A stretch of DNA of 32,000 nt from contig NC_009926.1 of NCBI RefSeq assembly GCF_000018105.1, positions 330,001-362,000 of the forward strand. The letters run 5' to 3'. Below the pieces are notes generated by a model, which saw only the letters and a program-made list of their open reading frames with translations, was not told the origin of the DNA and did not search any database. Made by a program: the position numbers and the translations under genes. The stretch is from Acaryochloris marina MBIC11017 (lineage in GTDB: Bacteria > Cyanobacteriota > Cyanobacteriia > Thermosynechococcales > Thermosynechococcaceae). Positions 31,119 through 32,000 of the stretch are shown piece after piece; position 1 is the first letter of the stretch; every line of letters starts with the position of its first letter.

Positions 31119-32000
31119 TACACAACCTCCTTAACTGGAGCAGGTTGCAGTTGCATCACAGGGGCTGCATGTTGTCGCCAAATCAGATATAGATCGATAA
31201 ATCTCTGCTGCTGAGACAACGACAATCGAAGTTGAGCAAATGTTGTCTTGATTTCCCTGCGAACCGGAGCGAGGATATCAGCCTTGACCTGGCATAAATC
31301 AGCCAAATAGTCTCCCCAGAAAAAGGAGCCTCCCCCGCCGACATACACACGCTTAGAATTCATGAAGTCGGTATCCGCTGCCAAGTCATCACTCAGGTCA
31401 GTCCAAACTAAATCTTTGGCTTCTTTGAGTGCAGCTAGCTTAATCGGCTTCTCCTCTTCAGTGAGCATTGCCGATAATCCCCCTTCGCCCCAGGCCATCG
31501 CCTCCTCATACAGCAGCTTCGCCCCCGTCAATTCATTGCTGAAGGCAAACGGGAAGTTCCGCAAAATCTCAATGGTGCCGTACCCCGTCCAGGTATAAGC
31601 ATTCGGCACCACATTCGCCTGCTCATCCTTGAGGTTGATAATCGTCACATCTCTGTGACCAAACATCAGGATTGAACAGGGGTACACGTTGGCGTAGCTG
31701 GCAAATCCTGCACCCTCTGGATGGACCTGGACCCGAACGGGATTACATGAAACTGTGTCAATCCCATACTGGAAACTGCGGATATGCTTGAAAATCAGCT
31801 CCTCAGTTTCTCGGAAGTAGGGGGCTTCATTTGAAGGCAGCATCAGATCAATCTCAACATCCAGGGGGCTATCGATTTCGCTGATGTACTGACCCACAAT
31901 CGACAGCACCTTAGCCACGGCATGGTGCTTTTTGATCCGATTCACCTTGGTCCGACGTACAGCCCCCTCGGCATACTCACCCACAATCCAATGGGCACCA
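31118..32000 (-). CDS. actin-like ATPase of the ParM/StbA type, 5'-truncated by the window edge
   Basis: Frame is open to position 32000 (..GAHWIVGEYAEGA). FGHRDVTIINL resembles the phosphate-2 motif and RVYVGGGGSFF resembles the adenosine motif of ParM-like proteins. Confidence 0.5.
   Translation of the reverse strand, partial: GAHWIVGEYAEGAVRRTKVNRIKKHHAVAKVLSIVGQYISEIDSPLDVEIDLMLPSNEAPYFRETEELIFKHIRSFQYGIDTVSCNPVRVQVHPEGAGFASYANVYPCSILMFGHRDVTIINLKDEQANVVPNAYTWTGYGTIEILRNFPFAFSNELTGAKLLYEEAMAWGEGGLSAMLTEEEKPIKLAALKEAKDLVWTDLSDDLAADTDFMNSKRVYVGGGGSFFWGDYLADLCQVKADILAPVRREIKTTFAQLRLSLSQQQRFIDLYLIWRQHAAPVMQLQPAPVKEVV

Noticed and set aside
1-32000. tRNA, rRNA, tmRNA, group II intron, retron or integron features
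   Set aside because: I scanned for characteristic T-arm (GTTCGAATC-like) and other signatures and found nothing convincing. The absence is by eye only and should be confirmed with tRNAscan-SE or Infernal.

Overview
The window looks like plasmid or mobile-element DNA from a cyanobacterium. The host call rests on 7 copies of the HIP1 octamer GCGATCGC against roughly 0.5 expected by chance, a cyAbrB-type regulator, DUF4347, and the style of the Cache/HAMP hybrid kinase. I saw no housekeeping, rRNA, tRNA or CRISPR loci.

Layout:
- 1-7115: about 15 co-oriented minus-strand genes. These are DUF4326, an ssb with one in-frame TAG, DUF3768, DUF932 and many small orphan ORFs. Two paralogous XRE switch modules punctuate the array.
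- 7.6-11.7 kb: GNAT acetyltransferase, cyAbrB regulator, HU and a sigma-70 family factor.
- 12.2-14.5 kb: two diverged paralogs bracketing a small cassette that includes DUF4259.
- 14.7-15.3 kb: a rearrangement scar made of an HU pseudogene abutting a DUF4347 N-terminal fragment.
- 15.3-17.7 kb: a gene-poor, highly structured region with orphan terminators, a roughly 35-nt motif in 3 copies, an orphan STAS gene and a zinc-ribbon ORF.
- 17.7-25.1 kb: an HTH-REC-REC regulator, a Cache-HAMP hybrid histidine kinase, and a 943-aa RTX protein with no T1SS nearby.
- 25.2-32.0 kb: minus-strand genes including an IS256-family element that splits a small ORF, a YlqD-like gene, nine same-orientation copies of a GGTGACGGATAATATGCCACC-type site (five in a 41-bp phased array), and a ParM-like operon that runs off the right edge.

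The most interesting items are the structured non-coding region, the iteron-like sites, the establishment-like gene array with the amber-interrupted ssb, and the paralog-bracketed cassette. All functional calls come from reading motifs by eye. No database search was possible.
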